The notes below the pieces were generated by a model. It saw only the letters and a list, made by a program, of their open reading frames with translations, was not told the DNA's origin and made no database searches. A DNA stretch of 64,000 nt from a virus, in IMG/VR virus record IMGVR_UViG_3300036651_001908, positions 59,756-123,755 of that record. One strand, written 5' to 3'. A program made the position numbers and the translations under genes. Below are positions 1 through 9,833 of the stretch, one piece after another (the stretch's first letter is position 1; each line of letters begins with the position of its first letter).

Positions 1-2
1 AG

Positions 3-608
3 ATTGCCACGGGCATCTCGGACGACCTCTACCCGACGGATCCGGACGCGGCCCAGATCGCCAGGTACGGCATCATCGCTCTAGCGGACGAACTCATTCT
101 TCAGCAGCCGTTCCAGCAGATCGTTGCCTCTCCGATCAACTCCGAGAGCATCGGCTCGTACCACTACATGAAGTCGTACAGCCGCTCGGTGTCCACGGCA
201 TCGTTGAAGTTGCAGGGCAACACTTTCGCCAAGATGACGCGCTCGGCCATCATGGGCTCCGTCACGGGCTGCATGTGGTTCGACATCGCGGTGGACACCC
301 TCGGACTCAAGAACTCGGCGCGTGGACAGTTCCTCAATGGGGGCATCGAAATCATGGAGCATGATGCTCCGCTGGTGACGGCCCAGGGCCTCAACCGTCG
401 GATGCTTTCGCCTTCCGACCTGAACCTCTTCGACTTCTCCATGGGCGGCCTGGGCGGGATCGGCTGGGACCCGGCTCAGGGCTATGGGAACGTTCCGATC
501 TACATCGCAGGCCAGCCGCAGCCGTCCGCTCCCCCGCAGGCCTCCATCATCAGTGGGTCAGCGGAAGGTATCGAGTACCCGAACGACCAGCAGGGCTTCT
601 TCGAGTAG
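3..608 (+). CDS. head-to-tail adaptor/connector-like protein (5' truncated by window edge)
   Basis: Frame is open from position 3 through ORF 168..608. SESIGSYHY resembles the SETIGSYSY motif of actinophage adaptors, and it sits at the start of the morphogenesis cluster. Confidence 0.55.
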   Translation: MATGISDDLYPTDPDAAQIARYGIIALADELILQQPFQQIVASPINSESIGSYHYMKSYSRSVSTASLKLQGNTFAKMTRSAIMGSVTGCMWFDIAVDTLGLKNSARGQFLNGGIEIMEHDAPLVTAQGLNRRMLSPSDLNLFDFSMGGLGGIGWDPAQGYGNVPIYIAGQPQPSAPPQASIISGSAEGIEYPNDQQGFFE

Positions 609-623
609 GTCATTTCTCTCCTG

Positions 624-631
624 CCGATTGT
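624..631 (+). promoter_or_regulatory. putative phage-sigma (late) -10 element CCGATTGT
   Basis: Intergenic copy of the YCGATWGT motif upstream of 675..908. Confidence 0.55.
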
Positions 632-674
632 AGAGAGGGAGCCCTCAGGGCTGGACCCAATCGGAAGGTAACTC

Positions 675-908
675 ATGGCACTCGATAGGCGCAGGGTCAC
701 AATGACCAATGCCGTCGCCACCGCAAACGGGGTGGAGATTCACCAGGCTGAGGACTTCGTAGACATCGAGCACATCGATGAGTACGTGGCCGACGCGAAG
801 ACTCGCTGGCAGGCCGTCACGGTCGGAGACGAGCCGGACGATGGCCCCGCTGGGGCCGACGGCACGTATGACGTGGTTGCTGCCACCAATCCCCCGCAGG
901 AGGGCTGA
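675..908 (+). CDS. small acidic hypothetical protein, virion gene cluster
   Basis: GGAAGG RBS, phage-like codon usage, tight packing with the next gene. Confidence 0.65.
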   Translation: MALDRRRVTMTNAVATANGVEIHQAEDFVDIEHIDEYVADAKTRWQAVTVGDEPDDGPAGADGTYDVVAATNPPQEG

Positions 909-911
909 TCC

Positions 912-1277
912 ATGGTACGCAACAACACGATGCTGAACACCCTCGCGAACGCCTACAAGGGCGCGGCGGTGTACGGCGCTCTCTTCACCGGCGCCGGTCC
1001 GGCCTCCGGTGCGTCGAACACTGCTTCCAACGAGTGCACGGGTGGTTCTCCCGCCTATGCACGGAAGGTGCTCGCCTGGGGCTCCCCGGCTGCCGGTGTC
1101 GTCTCCTCGACTGCGGTCACCTTCGACATCGCTTCGGGCACGACGGTGACGTACTTCGGTGTGACCACCTCCGGTACTGCGGCCACCGCGGACGTGCAGG
1201 ACTCGGTCTCGATCACCTCGCAGAACTTCGCGTCGCAGGGGACCTACCAGATCACCCCGACCTACACCCAGACCTGA
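912..1277 (+). CDS. virion structural protein (fibre-associated small beta protein)
   Basis: YARKVLAWGSPAAGVVSSTAVTFDI...TVTYFGV resembles small phage fibre-associated proteins that precede long repeat proteins. Confidence 0.6.
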   Translation: MVRNNTMLNTLANAYKGAAVYGALFTGAGPASGASNTASNECTGGSPAYARKVLAWGSPAAGVVSSTAVTFDIASGTTVTYFGVTTSGTAATADVQDSVSITSQNFASQGTYQITPTYTQT

Positions 1278-1296
1278 TCCGGGGGAACGCTGACTG

Positions 1297-1329
1297 GGGG
1301 CCGACTGCCACGAGCGGTCGGCCCCTTTT
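1297..1329 (+). terminator. intrinsic terminator-like hairpin
   Basis: GGGGCCGACTG/CGGTCGGCCCC stem followed by TTTT. Confidence 0.7.
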
Positions 1330-1368
1330 CGGTCCTAGGCAGAACAAGATTTAGGAAGGACCAGGCCC

Positions 1369-2168
1369 ATGGCCGATTCCTCGGTAGCGATCACAGCCGG
1401 TACAGGCACGCCCATCCGTGTACTGACTGCCTTGGGCACCGCGAGTGCCGACCAGCAGGTCATCACCATCGCGGACTCTTCCGGCAACCTTCTTGGTACG
1501 CAGGCCGCTCCTATTCCGGTTTCGATTGCGCAGAGCGGGGGCCAGACCACTACCTCGGGCACCATCTCCGCGTCTGCGACGAACACTCCAGGCACGGCAG
1601 TCACCGCCTCCACCACGGCACAGATCGTACGGCAGCCCTGCCCGGGGTGGCCTACTTCCGTGTCCGCTGCTCGGCTTTCACGTCGGGCACCATCGCGGTC
1701 CTCATGGCCCCCGGTCCCACGTTGGTGGAACCGAACCCGTCGCTTGCAGCGTCCAGCGCTGTCATCGGCACCGTCGTGGATTCGCCCATCCTGACCGCGG
1801 TGGCCACGATGACCACTGTGGTGAACTCTGCACCGGGTGCTACGGGCACGATTGGCCACGCCGCAGCGACCATCACGGCTGCGGTCACCACTGCCGCTGC
1901 CTTCCTCAGCGCTCCGGGCGCGGGGCTCTCGATCTACATCACCGACATCAATGCCACGAACTCCGGGGCATCGGCCACGCTTGTGTCTCTATTCGCGGGC
2001 GCTGCAACGGTGCCTCTCGCTGCGAAGTACCTCCCTGTGACAAGCAGTGCGCCGCCCACCTCGTACCACACTCCGATCCGTGTCGGGACCGCGACGGCTC
2101 TGAACTACACCAACTCGGTGGCATCCACTTCGGTCTTCGTGCAGGTCACGTACTACGTCGCCCCGTAG
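1369..2168 (+). CDS. virion structural protein encoded across a -1 frame change (1369..1647 joined to 1647..2168)
   Basis: ORF 1369..1794 loses protein-like composition after QPCPG. The -1 frame continues VAYFRVRCSAFTSGT to 2168, and the junction is C CCG GGG at 1641-1647. Confidence 0.6.
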
Positions 2169-2180
2169 GAGGTGTAAGCC

Positions 2181-5100
2181 GTGCCCGGAACCTTTGTCTC
2201 CTCTTCTAGCAACCACGTTGTTGGCGCATCTTCCCTGACCGGCACCATCGTGGTGAACGCGCCAGCGAGTATCGCCTCCGGCAACCTTCTTGTCGCTGTT
2301 TTTACCAACTCCCACAACGGTGGCGTTCAGAGCGACTTGACTGCGCCCTCCGGGTGGACACGGGCCGATTCAGCGTTCTTCCGCAGCACGGTCGGTACCG
2401 GTTCGGTATTCTGGAAAGTCGCCTCTGGGGCCGAACCTTCGACTTACACCTTCACGAGCACATACTCGTCTGCGGGCGGCCACTATTTGAACACTGCCAT
2501 TCTCCAGTACGCAAGCATCGACCCCATCACTCCTGTGTCGGCCGCGCCCGTTTGGACGGCATACACCTCGGGTACGACTGCGCCTGCCGCCGCCAGCGTG
2601 ACCCCTACGACCGCGAACGGCACCTCGATCGAGGCGTGGGCTGGCTTCAACGGGGGCTCGGTCACCACCTTCCCCTCAGGAGCCATTGGCCGCACCTCAT
2701 ATACCGACTCCTCGAACTACAGCCTCTATACCGCTGACGCCCCGCTGACCGCTGGGGCTGGGACGGCGACTGGATCGAAAACTCCGACCACCAGTTCGGA
2801 TGACTGGATCAGCGTCCAGTTGGTGCTCAACCCCCGGACGACGGCAGCCTATTCAGCCAGCGCGGCGCTTTCAGGTTCTGGATCCCTTTCTGCATCTCTG
2901 CTCCCTGGCCTGGCCTCCTCTGCAACTCTCGCGGGCTCGGGCGGCCTGACCGCGGTCAACGTTCCCAACATCGTCTTTTCTGGCGGTATGGGGGGCGCTG
3001 GTGCGCTGACCGCGACCAACACCCCCTCGGTCATCACGACTGCTGCCCTCTCCGGAGCCGGTGCACTGACCGCTGCCAACCTGCCCTCTTTCCCCATCAC
3101 CCCCCAGTTGGCCGGTGCAGGAGCACTGACCGCGACCAACACTCCCTCCTTCTCGATCACCCCGCAGTTGGCAGGTGCTGGGTCACTGAGCACCACCGTC
3201 CTGCCCAGCCTGATCCTCACTCCGCAGTTGTCCGGCGCGGGTGCACTGAGTGCCACGAACACCCCTAGCCTGATTTTGGCGACGGCCCTGGCAGGGGCGG
3301 GGGTGCTGTCGGGCGCTGTCACCGCTCTATCGATCACCCTGGCCCAGTCGCTCACGGGAACCGGTGCCCTGACCGCGACCCTGAAGCCGATCGAGGTCAC
3401 CACCGCTGCACTCTCCGGAGCAGGCTCTTTGACGGTGGCCCCGCTCGTCTTCGAAGCCACGACGGCTGCCCTCTCTGGAGCAGGTGCGCTGACGGCGACC
3501 AACCTGCCATCCTTCCCCATCACTCCCCAGTTGACCGGTGCGGGTTCCTTGACCTCGGTCGGTGGCCCGCTCTACACCGCTACGGCCACGCTCTCTGGCA
3601 CTGGCTCGCTGACGGCCACCAACCTGCCCAGCCTGATCCTGGCCTCCAGCCTGACCGGCTCCGGCACGCTGTCCAGCACGGTCAAGCCGGGCCTGATTCT
3701 GGCGACCGCGCTCACTGGTGCCGGTGCTCTGACCGGAGCCGTCTCCGGTCTCTCGCTTATTTCTGCTTCTACCCTCACCGGCGCTGGCGCCCTCTCAGTG
3801 TCGGCTACACCTATCTTGGTGACCACAGCGGGGCTGTCCGGTGCAGGCACCCTGACCTACATCGGTGGCCCGCTCTACACCGCGACCGCATCCTTCTCGG
3901 GCACTGGCTCTCTGGCGGCTCCTGTGCTGCCTTCGCTGATTCTCGCTACAGCACTTACGGGCGCTGGCAGCCTCACGGTGGCACGGGTATCCGCCCTGGC
4001 CACAAACGCCGCCCTGGCTGGCGCGGGTGCCCTGTCTGGTGCCATCACCGGTCTTACACTGGTCCTCTCACAGAGCCTGTTGGGGTCGGGAACGCTTTCG
4101 GCGGCCGTGTTGGCGAAGCCGATCCTCGCCATCGCGCTTTCGGGCTCCGGTTCGCTCACTGCCGCCAACCTGCCCAGCGTCAGCACGGCGGCTGCCCTGA
4201 CAGGCTCCGGTGCCCTGACCTACATCGGTGGCCCGCTCTACACCGCGACCGCATCCTTCTCGGGCACTGGCTCTCTGGCGGCTCCTGTGCTGCCTTCGCT
4301 GATTCTCGCTACAGCACTTACGGGCGCTGGCTCGCTGACGGCCACCAACCTGCCCAGCCTGACCCTGGCCACCAACCTGACCGGTACCGGCGTGCTCTCT
4401 GCGGCCCTGTTGCCGAAGCCGGTCCTTGCCGTCGCTCTGGCAGGCTCGGGTGCCCTGTCTGTGCAGGCTGGGCAGAACTTCCAGGCCTCCGCAGCCCTCT
4501 CGGGCACGGGTGCCTTGACGTTCGTGGCTGTACCCATCCTCACGGCACTGGCCGCTCTCTCCGGTGCAGGCAGCCTGTCGGCCACGAATGTGCCTGGTCT
4601 GCTCCTCTCGACCAGCCTTTCCGGCGCTGGAGTCCTGTCCGCGACGGTGTCGCCCGGCTGGGTACTGGCCTCCAGCCTCACCGGCTCCGGCACGCTGTCC
4701 AGCACGGTCAAGCCGGGCTTCCCCGTGGCAGTCGCCCTGACAGGATCTGGTGCGCTGTCCATTCAGGCTGGGCAGGACTTCCAGGTCAACGTGGCCCTCG
4801 CAGGGACGGGCTCGCTCACCGTCTCTGTCCTGCCTCAGTTCGCACTGCCCGGTGTCCTTGCGGGGTCTGGCACCATGGTGGCGACGAGCGTGCCGAGTCT
4901 CGTCATCTCTGGTGTTCTGTCAGGCACTGGTGCTCTGAGCGCCGCCATTCTTCCGAAAATCTTGTTTGCCAGCAGCCTCACCGGCTCCGGCCTGCTCTCC
5001 GCGCTGTTCGCTCCGGGGCTCTCCGTTCCCGAGTTCTTCTCGGGCTCCGGGTCGCTCACGGAGACGGCGGCTCTGCTGGCCTCGGGTGGGGCTTCCTTCT

Positions 5101-5573
5101 CTGGGAGTGGGGCGCTCACGTACGGGGCTGTTCCCTACATCGCAAAGCCGGAGAACCTGTCGGGCACGGGTGCCCTGGCTGCCGCGATCGTGGCGAGCAC
5201 GCATGTTCCTGCGGGGCTGGACGGCGCCGGTCAACTGACTACGGTGCGCAACTTCAGTGCGCTGGCCGCCTTCACTGGTGCAGGTATCCTCACCACCTTC
5301 TCCGGCCCGAAGCATGTCATCGACTTCGCCCCCCTGCTCGGTACCGGTGTTCTCAGCACCGAGACCTTCTACCCGCCATTCCTCGCCCTCGTGGTGTCCG
5401 AGTTCGTGGGAAGTGGCATTCAGGCCCTCGGCTTCGAGGGCAACCCGGTGGGGGCGATTGTAGAGAACAGCAACTCCGTTTCCGTCCTCGGGTTTGAGAG
5501 CAACCCCGTCTCGGCAATCGCGGAGAACGACGGGCTCGTGGAGAAAGTGAGTTTTGGAAATGAATCTTCCTGA
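2181..5573 (+). CDS. long repetitive fibre-like virion protein
   Basis: N-terminal ~220-aa domain (TAPSGWT...VFWKVASGAEPSTYTFT) followed by more than 40 copies of a ~19-20 aa repeat with core L(S/T/A)G(A/S/T)G(A/S)L. GGAGG RBS. Confidence 0.8.
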   Translation: MPGTFVSSSSNHVVGASSLTGTIVVNAPASIASGNLLVAVFTNSHNGGVQSDLTAPSGWTRADSAFFRSTVGTGSVFWKVASGAEPSTYTFTSTYSSAGGHYLNTAILQYASIDPITPVSAAPVWTAYTSGTTAPAAASVTPTTANGTSIEAWAGFNGGSVTTFPSGAIGRTSYTDSSNYSLYTADAPLTAGAGTATGSKTPTTSSDDWISVQLVLNPRTTAAYSASAALSGSGSLSASLLPGLASSATLAGSGGLTAVNVPNIVFSGGMGGAGALTATNTPSVITTAALSGAGALTAANLPSFPITPQLAGAGALTATNTPSFSITPQLAGAGSLSTTVLPSLILTPQLSGAGALSATNTPSLILATALAGAGVLSGAVTALSITLAQSLTGTGALTATLKPIEVTTAALSGAGSLTVAPLVFEATTAALSGAGALTATNLPSFPITPQLTGAGSLTSVGGPLYTATATLSGTGSLTATNLPSLILASSLTGSGTLSSTVKPGLILATALTGAGALTGAVSGLSLISASTLTGAGALSVSATPILVTTAGLSGAGTLTYIGGPLYTATASFSGTGSLAAPVLPSLILATALTGAGSLTVARVSALATNAALAGAGALSGAITGLTLVLSQSLLGSGTLSAAVLAKPILAIALSGSGSLTAANLPSVSTAAALTGSGALTYIGGPLYTATASFSGTGSLAAPVLPSLILATALTGAGSLTATNLPSLTLATNLTGTGVLSAALLPKPVLAVALAGSGALSVQAGQNFQASAALSGTGALTFVAVPILTALAALSGAGSLSATNVPGLLLSTSLSGAGVLSATVSPGWVLASSLTGSGTLSSTVKPGFPVAVALTGSGALSIQAGQDFQVNVALAGTGSLTVSVLPQFALPGVLAGSGTMVATSVPSLVISGVLSGTGALSAAILPKILFASSLTGSGLLSALFAPGLSVPEFFSGSGSLTETAALLASGGASFSGSGALTYGAVPYIAKPENLSGTGALAAAIVASTHVPAGLDGAGQLTTVRNFSALAAFTGAGILTTFSGPKHVIDFAPLLGTGVLSTETFYPPFLALVVSEFVGSGIQALGFEGNPVGAIVENSNSVSVLGFESNPVSAIAENDGLVEKVSFGNESS
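3850..4331 (+). repeat. 119-bp exact direct repeat (3850-3968 = 4213-4331) inside the fibre gene
   Basis: Identical sequence at an offset of 363 bp, in frame. Confidence 0.9.
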
Positions 5574-5853
5574 GGATGGCGTGGTAAACGCCAAGGTTGT
5601 TTTCTCCGCGTATCCCACCGACCCGGGTACGACAGTGAAGTGGTCCCTGGACCGCGAGACCTGGCTGGACTTCGACACCAATCCCACTCTGCAAGCGGAC
5701 GGCACCTACGTCGGCTACGTGCTTCTCCGCGGACCTGATGCGGATTCGACGGATGGCCACCTCGTGCAGTTCGACTCCACTCCCCTGTGGGCGAAGGTCA
5801 TGGACGCCCCCGAAATCATCCCGCTCCGTGTCGGGATAATCACGTTCTACTGA
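5560..5853 (+). CDS. hypothetical virion-associated protein
   Basis: Overlaps the end of the fibre gene; beta-rich composition. Confidence 0.65.
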   Translation: MNLPEDGVVNAKVVFSAYPTDPGTTVKWSLDRETWLDFDTNPTLQADGTYVGYVLLRGPDADSTDGHLVQFDSTPLWAKVMDAPEIIPLRVGIITFY

Positions 5854-5886
5854 CCCCCGGGTCGATGGTAGGGACAGGAGAGTGCC

Positions 5887-6276
5887 ATGCGCATCGAGTT
5901 CATTAGCGACTGGTCGGATGTCAACCGTGAGTTGGACCGGCTGGAGCGACTGCCTAACGGCGCCGCTATCACGTTGCTCGATGGTCTCCTCGGCGCCACC
6001 TTCTCCGCGGTCGAAGCCAACGTGCACGTTCTCACCGGCCGCCTCAAGGGCACCGGGGAAATGAAGTCTGAGGTCTTGGGTGAGGAGTGGGTGGGCATCA
6101 TCCACTACGGCACCCCCGGCTTCTTCGATGTGCACCATCACCATTACGGCCCTGAGGTGATGTACGCAATCTTCGAGAAGCGGCGCGGGGGCACACATGA
6201 CTTCTTCAATCCGGCGAAAGCCATGGAGTCCTCTTTCGTAGAGGCTCTGGTCCTGATCTTGCGAGGTGACGTATGA
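5887..6276 (+). CDS. HK97 gp10-like neck/tail-completion protein
   Basis: VHVLTGRLKGTG and YAIFE motifs, RBS AGGAG, synteny. Confidence 0.6.
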   Translation: MRIEFISDWSDVNRELDRLERLPNGAAITLLDGLLGATFSAVEANVHVLTGRLKGTGEMKSEVLGEEWVGIIHYGTPGFFDVHHHHYGPEVMYAIFEKRRGGTHDFFNPAKAMESSFVEALVLILRGDV

Positions 6277-6722
6277 GCATCAACACCAGCATGTTCATCT
6301 CCCGTGCTCGGGTGGAGCAGCAGGACTACACCGTGGTGAATGGACAGCCGACGGTTACCTGGGCACAGGCCACGGATCCGGACCCGGATCTATCGGCTAT
6401 GTTGCGGAACCTCCCGTGTAGGCTGGACCTCACCTTCCTTCGTCCCGGCAAGGACGTGATCGCTCCGGTGAATGCGGGTCGCGCTCCGGACCGTGTCGGT
6501 GTCCTCTTCTGTGGGCCTACGGCTCCTATCCGAGCCGGGCAGCGTCTCGTCATGATCCCTGGGCCGAATGGGCTGATCCCTGTTCAGGGAACATTTGAGA
6601 TTCGGCAGATCCCCGACATGGCCGTGGGCATGGTCGGTGGGCACCACCAAGAGGTGCAGGTTGTGGAGACCAATCAGGAACTGGCGGGCCGCTGGCCGGA
6701 CGACCTCCCCGGGGGCGACTGA
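6273..6722 (+). CDS. head-to-tail stopper-like protein
   Basis: PCRLD...HHQEVQV pattern, synteny, ATGA overlap. Confidence 0.55.
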   Translation: MSINTSMFISRARVEQQDYTVVNGQPTVTWAQATDPDPDLSAMLRNLPCRLDLTFLRPGKDVIAPVNAGRAPDRVGVLFCGPTAPIRAGQRLVMIPGPNGLIPVQGTFEIRQIPDMAVGMVGGHHQEVQVVETNQELAGRWPDDLPGGD

Positions 6723-7279
6723 TGACGCGGCTCACCGTGGCGCTCCGGAACTTCCTGGTGCAGACGCCCGAGATGCAAAATCTTGTTTCCGCGGGCACCA
6801 TCGGCCACGGCGTGCACTGGCCAGACGGCTGGGTCTTCGCGGACATGTCCTACGCGAGCATCGAGAAGTACAGCGCCAAGGCCATGATCGTGCTGACCGA
6901 GTCCGGCAACTACAACCCGATGAACGTCTACAACACCATGCAGTTCCCTCGGGTGCTCCTTGACATCTGGGCCTCGCCCACCCGGGACGCCAATGGCTCC
7001 CCGATCAAGGACGACGCGGACAACATCGCGGAGAACATCTTCTCTCAGATCAAGCACTACGTGCACATCACCCACCCTGCGGTGCACTCCACATCTCCGG
7101 CCTTCATGGGCTCCCCCGGGAGCATGCTCCAGTGGGGGACCGCTGCGGAGATGGCGAGCAACACCGGTGTCTTCATCGGTGACTGCACGTATACGAACGG
7201 ACCTGTCTACTCGAAGGTGACGGACGGGAACGGCGTCTTGATGGCGCGCTACACACTCGGCGTACAAGTCGTCGGGTAA
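6722..7279 (+). CDS. tail terminator-like protein
   Basis: FPRVLLDIWA motif and position before the major tail gene. Confidence 0.55.
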   Translation: MTRLTVALRNFLVQTPEMQNLVSAGTIGHGVHWPDGWVFADMSYASIEKYSAKAMIVLTESGNYNPMNVYNTMQFPRVLLDIWASPTRDANGSPIKDDADNIAENIFSQIKHYVHITHPAVHSTSPAFMGSPGSMLQWGTAAEMASNTGVFIGDCTYTNGPVYSKVTDGNGVLMARYTLGVQVVG

Positions 7280-7304
7280 CTCAACCCAGGAGGCCACAGA
7301 GCCC

Positions 7305-8360
7305 ATGAAAATCATCTTGGCAATTCCGCTGAGTGTCTATTCCGGCTACGGCCGCGACGGCATCGGCATGACCCAGGCACTCGTCCGCGCTGGGCACGAC
7401 GTGTATCTACACCCTGAGGGTGTGCAGTCGCCACTGCCCCCGGACGTTGCCATGCTCCTGACCAAGACGCTGGAGGGCAAGTTCGACCTCGGCATCGTGC
7501 ATGTCGCCCCGGATCAGATGGCTCCCAACAAGTCCCTGCGGATGGTCTGCACCACGCTCATCGGCTGGACCATGTGGGAATACACCAACATGAACAACTG
7601 CCCTGGGCACACCAAGTTCAAGAAGGAATGGGAGCCGTACGATGCGCTGATCGCGTACGACTACAACACCGCGGACTGCCTGCGCCCGTATTTCAAGAAG
7701 TCCATTCACGTGGTGCAGGGTGGCTTCGAGCCCAAGGGCTTCGAATACCACGAGCGGGACTGGAGCGCGAACCCCTTCTTCTTCGGCATGATCGGTGTGC
7801 TGTCGCCCCGGAAGAACCCGTTCGCTGCGATCAACGCCTTCTCTCGGCTGAAGCAGGAGGAGCCGGACCTCATGGAGAACGCCCGGCTCATCCTGAAGAC
7901 TTCGACCCCGGGTCTGCATCATGGCATCGAGGACTCGCTTCCCGGTGTCCGGGTCGTCTACGACGTGTGGAACGACACCCAGGTGAAGGACTTCTATCGG
8001 CGGATCAACGTGCTGCTCGCACCGTCTCGGGGTGAGGGGAAAAATCTTCCTTGCCTGGAGGCGCTGTCCACGGGAGCCGGGGTCATCGCCACGAACTGGG
8101 GCGGCCACCGGGTGTGGATGGATGAGTCCATCGCCTACCCCCTCGACTACGACTTCATCAAGGTCAACCACTACCAGAAGAACTCCCCCATGTGGACCGA
8201 GGTGAAGGTGGACCACCTCATGTCACTCATGAAGCACTGCCTTTTGAATCGAGAAGAGGTTCGTGACAAGGGGCGGCTGGCATCGAAGATCATCCCGGCG
8301 ACCTGCAACTGGGACGCTCGCATGGCCGAACTGTTCGAGAAGTTGGGGCTGACCGCATGA
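7305..8360 (+). CDS. glycosyltransferase, GT-B fold (GT4-like)
   Basis: SGYG N-terminal motif, RKN, and PSRGEGKNLPCLEALSTG (EX7E motif). Confidence 0.9.
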   Translation: MKIILAIPLSVYSGYGRDGIGMTQALVRAGHDVYLHPEGVQSPLPPDVAMLLTKTLEGKFDLGIVHVAPDQMAPNKSLRMVCTTLIGWTMWEYTNMNNCPGHTKFKKEWEPYDALIAYDYNTADCLRPYFKKSIHVVQGGFEPKGFEYHERDWSANPFFFGMIGVLSPRKNPFAAINAFSRLKQEEPDLMENARLILKTSTPGLHHGIEDSLPGVRVVYDVWNDTQVKDFYRRINVLLAPSRGEGKNLPCLEALSTGAGVIATNWGGHRVWMDESIAYPLDYDFIKVNHYQKNSPMWTEVKVDHLMSLMKHCLLNREEVRDKGRLASKIIPATCNWDARMAELFEKLGLTA

Positions 8361-8578
8361 CTACGACCGTTGAACTTCGGTGTCCTACCGGGTTCCGCAG
8401 GCTCTTCTCGAAACTCATCCTGGCGGGCGAGCGCCCCCGGGTGACAGGAGGCAATCTCCTGGAGTTCGCGTGCTCCGACTGCCGGAAGGAACTCAGGGAG
8501 CAGGGCACGGCGTGTCGCCTCGTGCTGCACCGGTTCGACCTGGCCGGGGAACTCGTGGAGTCCTTGGTGCTCGAATGA
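8357..8578 (+). CDS. small Cys-containing (zinc-ribbon-like) protein
   Basis: LRCP...ACSDC; ATGA overlap with the glycosyltransferase gene. Confidence 0.65.
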   Translation: MTTTVELRCPTGFRRLFSKLILAGERPRVTGGNLLEFACSDCRKELREQGTACRLVLHRFDLAGELVESLVLE

Positions 8579-8585
8579 GTCCGGA

Positions 8586-8593
8586 CCGATAGT
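8586..8593 (+). promoter_or_regulatory. putative phage-sigma -10 element CCGATAGT
   Basis: Intergenic, directly upstream of the major tail gene. Confidence 0.65.
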
Positions 8594-8637
8594 ACCTCTT
8601 CGATAGCCCAAGGGGGCAAAGAGAGGAGTCGCCAGAG

Positions 8638-9243
8638 ATGGCTACTACGCAGATTTACGAAGGCTTTTCGCTTTCGCACGCCGCCATCCTTGACGGCCAG
8701 TCCGACGACGCTCAGGTGAACTTCGGTACCTTCTACGGCGTCCGATCCGGTTCGATCGCACTCCAGGTGCAGTCGTTCGACAACACGGGTGACGACGCGG
8801 TGCTGAGCACCTGGTACTGGGCTGACAAGGCCACGGTCACCATCACGTCGGGGTACATCCCGTTCCAGACCATCTCGGTGCTGACCGGCTCGCAGATCAC
8901 CTCCTCGGGTGCTGGCAACTCGGCCATCTACCAGTTGCCCCTCTGGGAACTCGGCTCCATGAACACGTCGCCTCGCCCGATGATGGTGCGCGTTCCCTCG
9001 AAGGACTCGGCGGGCAACATCCGCCAGTTGGACTTCATTCTGTACAAGGTCCAGTTCGAGCCGATTTCGTTCACCGGCCCCGACTACAAGGTCGGCCTCC
9101 TCGTGAACTACACCGGCACCGCGCTGATGTCGTCCATCGATGAGAAGGGCAACCCCGTCCTGGACTCCCAGACCGGTCTCCCCTCGAAGCAGATCGGCCG
9201 TCTGGTCTCGTCCGGCGTGGGTGGCGCTGACACCCTGATGTAA
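8638..9243 (+). CDS. major tail protein
   Basis: About 200 aa, GDD motif, ILYKVQF, highly biased codons, immediately before the tail chaperone. Confidence 0.8.
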   Translation: MATTQIYEGFSLSHAAILDGQSDDAQVNFGTFYGVRSGSIALQVQSFDNTGDDAVLSTWYWADKATVTITSGYIPFQTISVLTGSQITSSGAGNSAIYQLPLWELGSMNTSPRPMMVRVPSKDSAGNIRQLDFILYKVQFEPISFTGPDYKVGLLVNYTGTALMSSIDEKGNPVLDSQTGLPSKQIGRLVSSGVGGADTLM

Positions 9244-9275
9244 TACCCCGCAAGCCCCAACTGAAGGAGAGTCGC

Positions 9276-9833
9276 ATGACGACCGCAAGTGAAGTAGACG
9301 CCCTCGACCCCGAGTCGGACATCATCCAACTCGAATCTGGCGATCGAGTGGTGATTCAGCGTCTTCGCACTCGGCAGATGTTCCGGCTGCTGAAGATCCT
9401 GACGCACGGTGCCGGTCCGGCACTGAACAACCTCAACGTGGGCGCGGACACGGCAGAGTTCATCACCCAACTCATCGCTGTCACGGTGATGGCGATCCCG
9501 AACGCTGAAGACGAGACCATCGACTTCGTCCTCAGCATGGTGGACTCGGCCGACACCATCGACCCGCCGCGGACGAAGGCTGACCGGGCTCGGAATGAGG
9601 AACTGCGGGACAACCTCGCAGCGAATCTGCTGAACCCGTCGCTGGACGACCTTCTCTCGATCATCGAGATTGTCATCCGCAAGGAGGCGCCGGAGATTGC
9701 AGCGCTGGGAAAACGCTTGGGGGCGCTCCTCCAGACGACGCTGGGGAACGCTCCGACGGCGGAGCCGGAGCCGGAGAGTCTGCCCGAGCCGGAGAAGCGC
9801 AAGCCCTCTTCGAGAAGCGCCTCGAAGGCATAG
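9276..9833 (+). CDS. tail assembly chaperone (short form)
   Basis: Lies between MTP and TMP; AAGGAG RBS; contains slippery G GGA AAA at 9707-9713. Confidence 0.85.
   Translation: MTTASEVDALDPESDIIQLESGDRVVIQRLRTRQMFRLLKILTHGAGPALNNLNVGADTAEFITQLIAVTVMAIPNAEDETIDFVLSMVDSADTIDPPRTKADRARNEELRDNLAANLLNPSLDDLLSIIEIVIRKEAPEIAALGKRLGALLQTTLGNAPTAEPEPESLPEPEKRKPSSRSASKA

Noticed and set aside
3850-4331. 119-bp repeat as a diversity-generating retroelement TR/VR pair
   Set aside because: The copies are identical with no adenine-specific differences, and no reverse transcriptase is present.
2849-5119. Long minus-strand ORFs opposite the fibre gene (and similar ones opposite TMP, helicase and polA)
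   Set aside because: Shadow ORFs of high-GC, repetitive coding sequence; no RBS or plausible protein.
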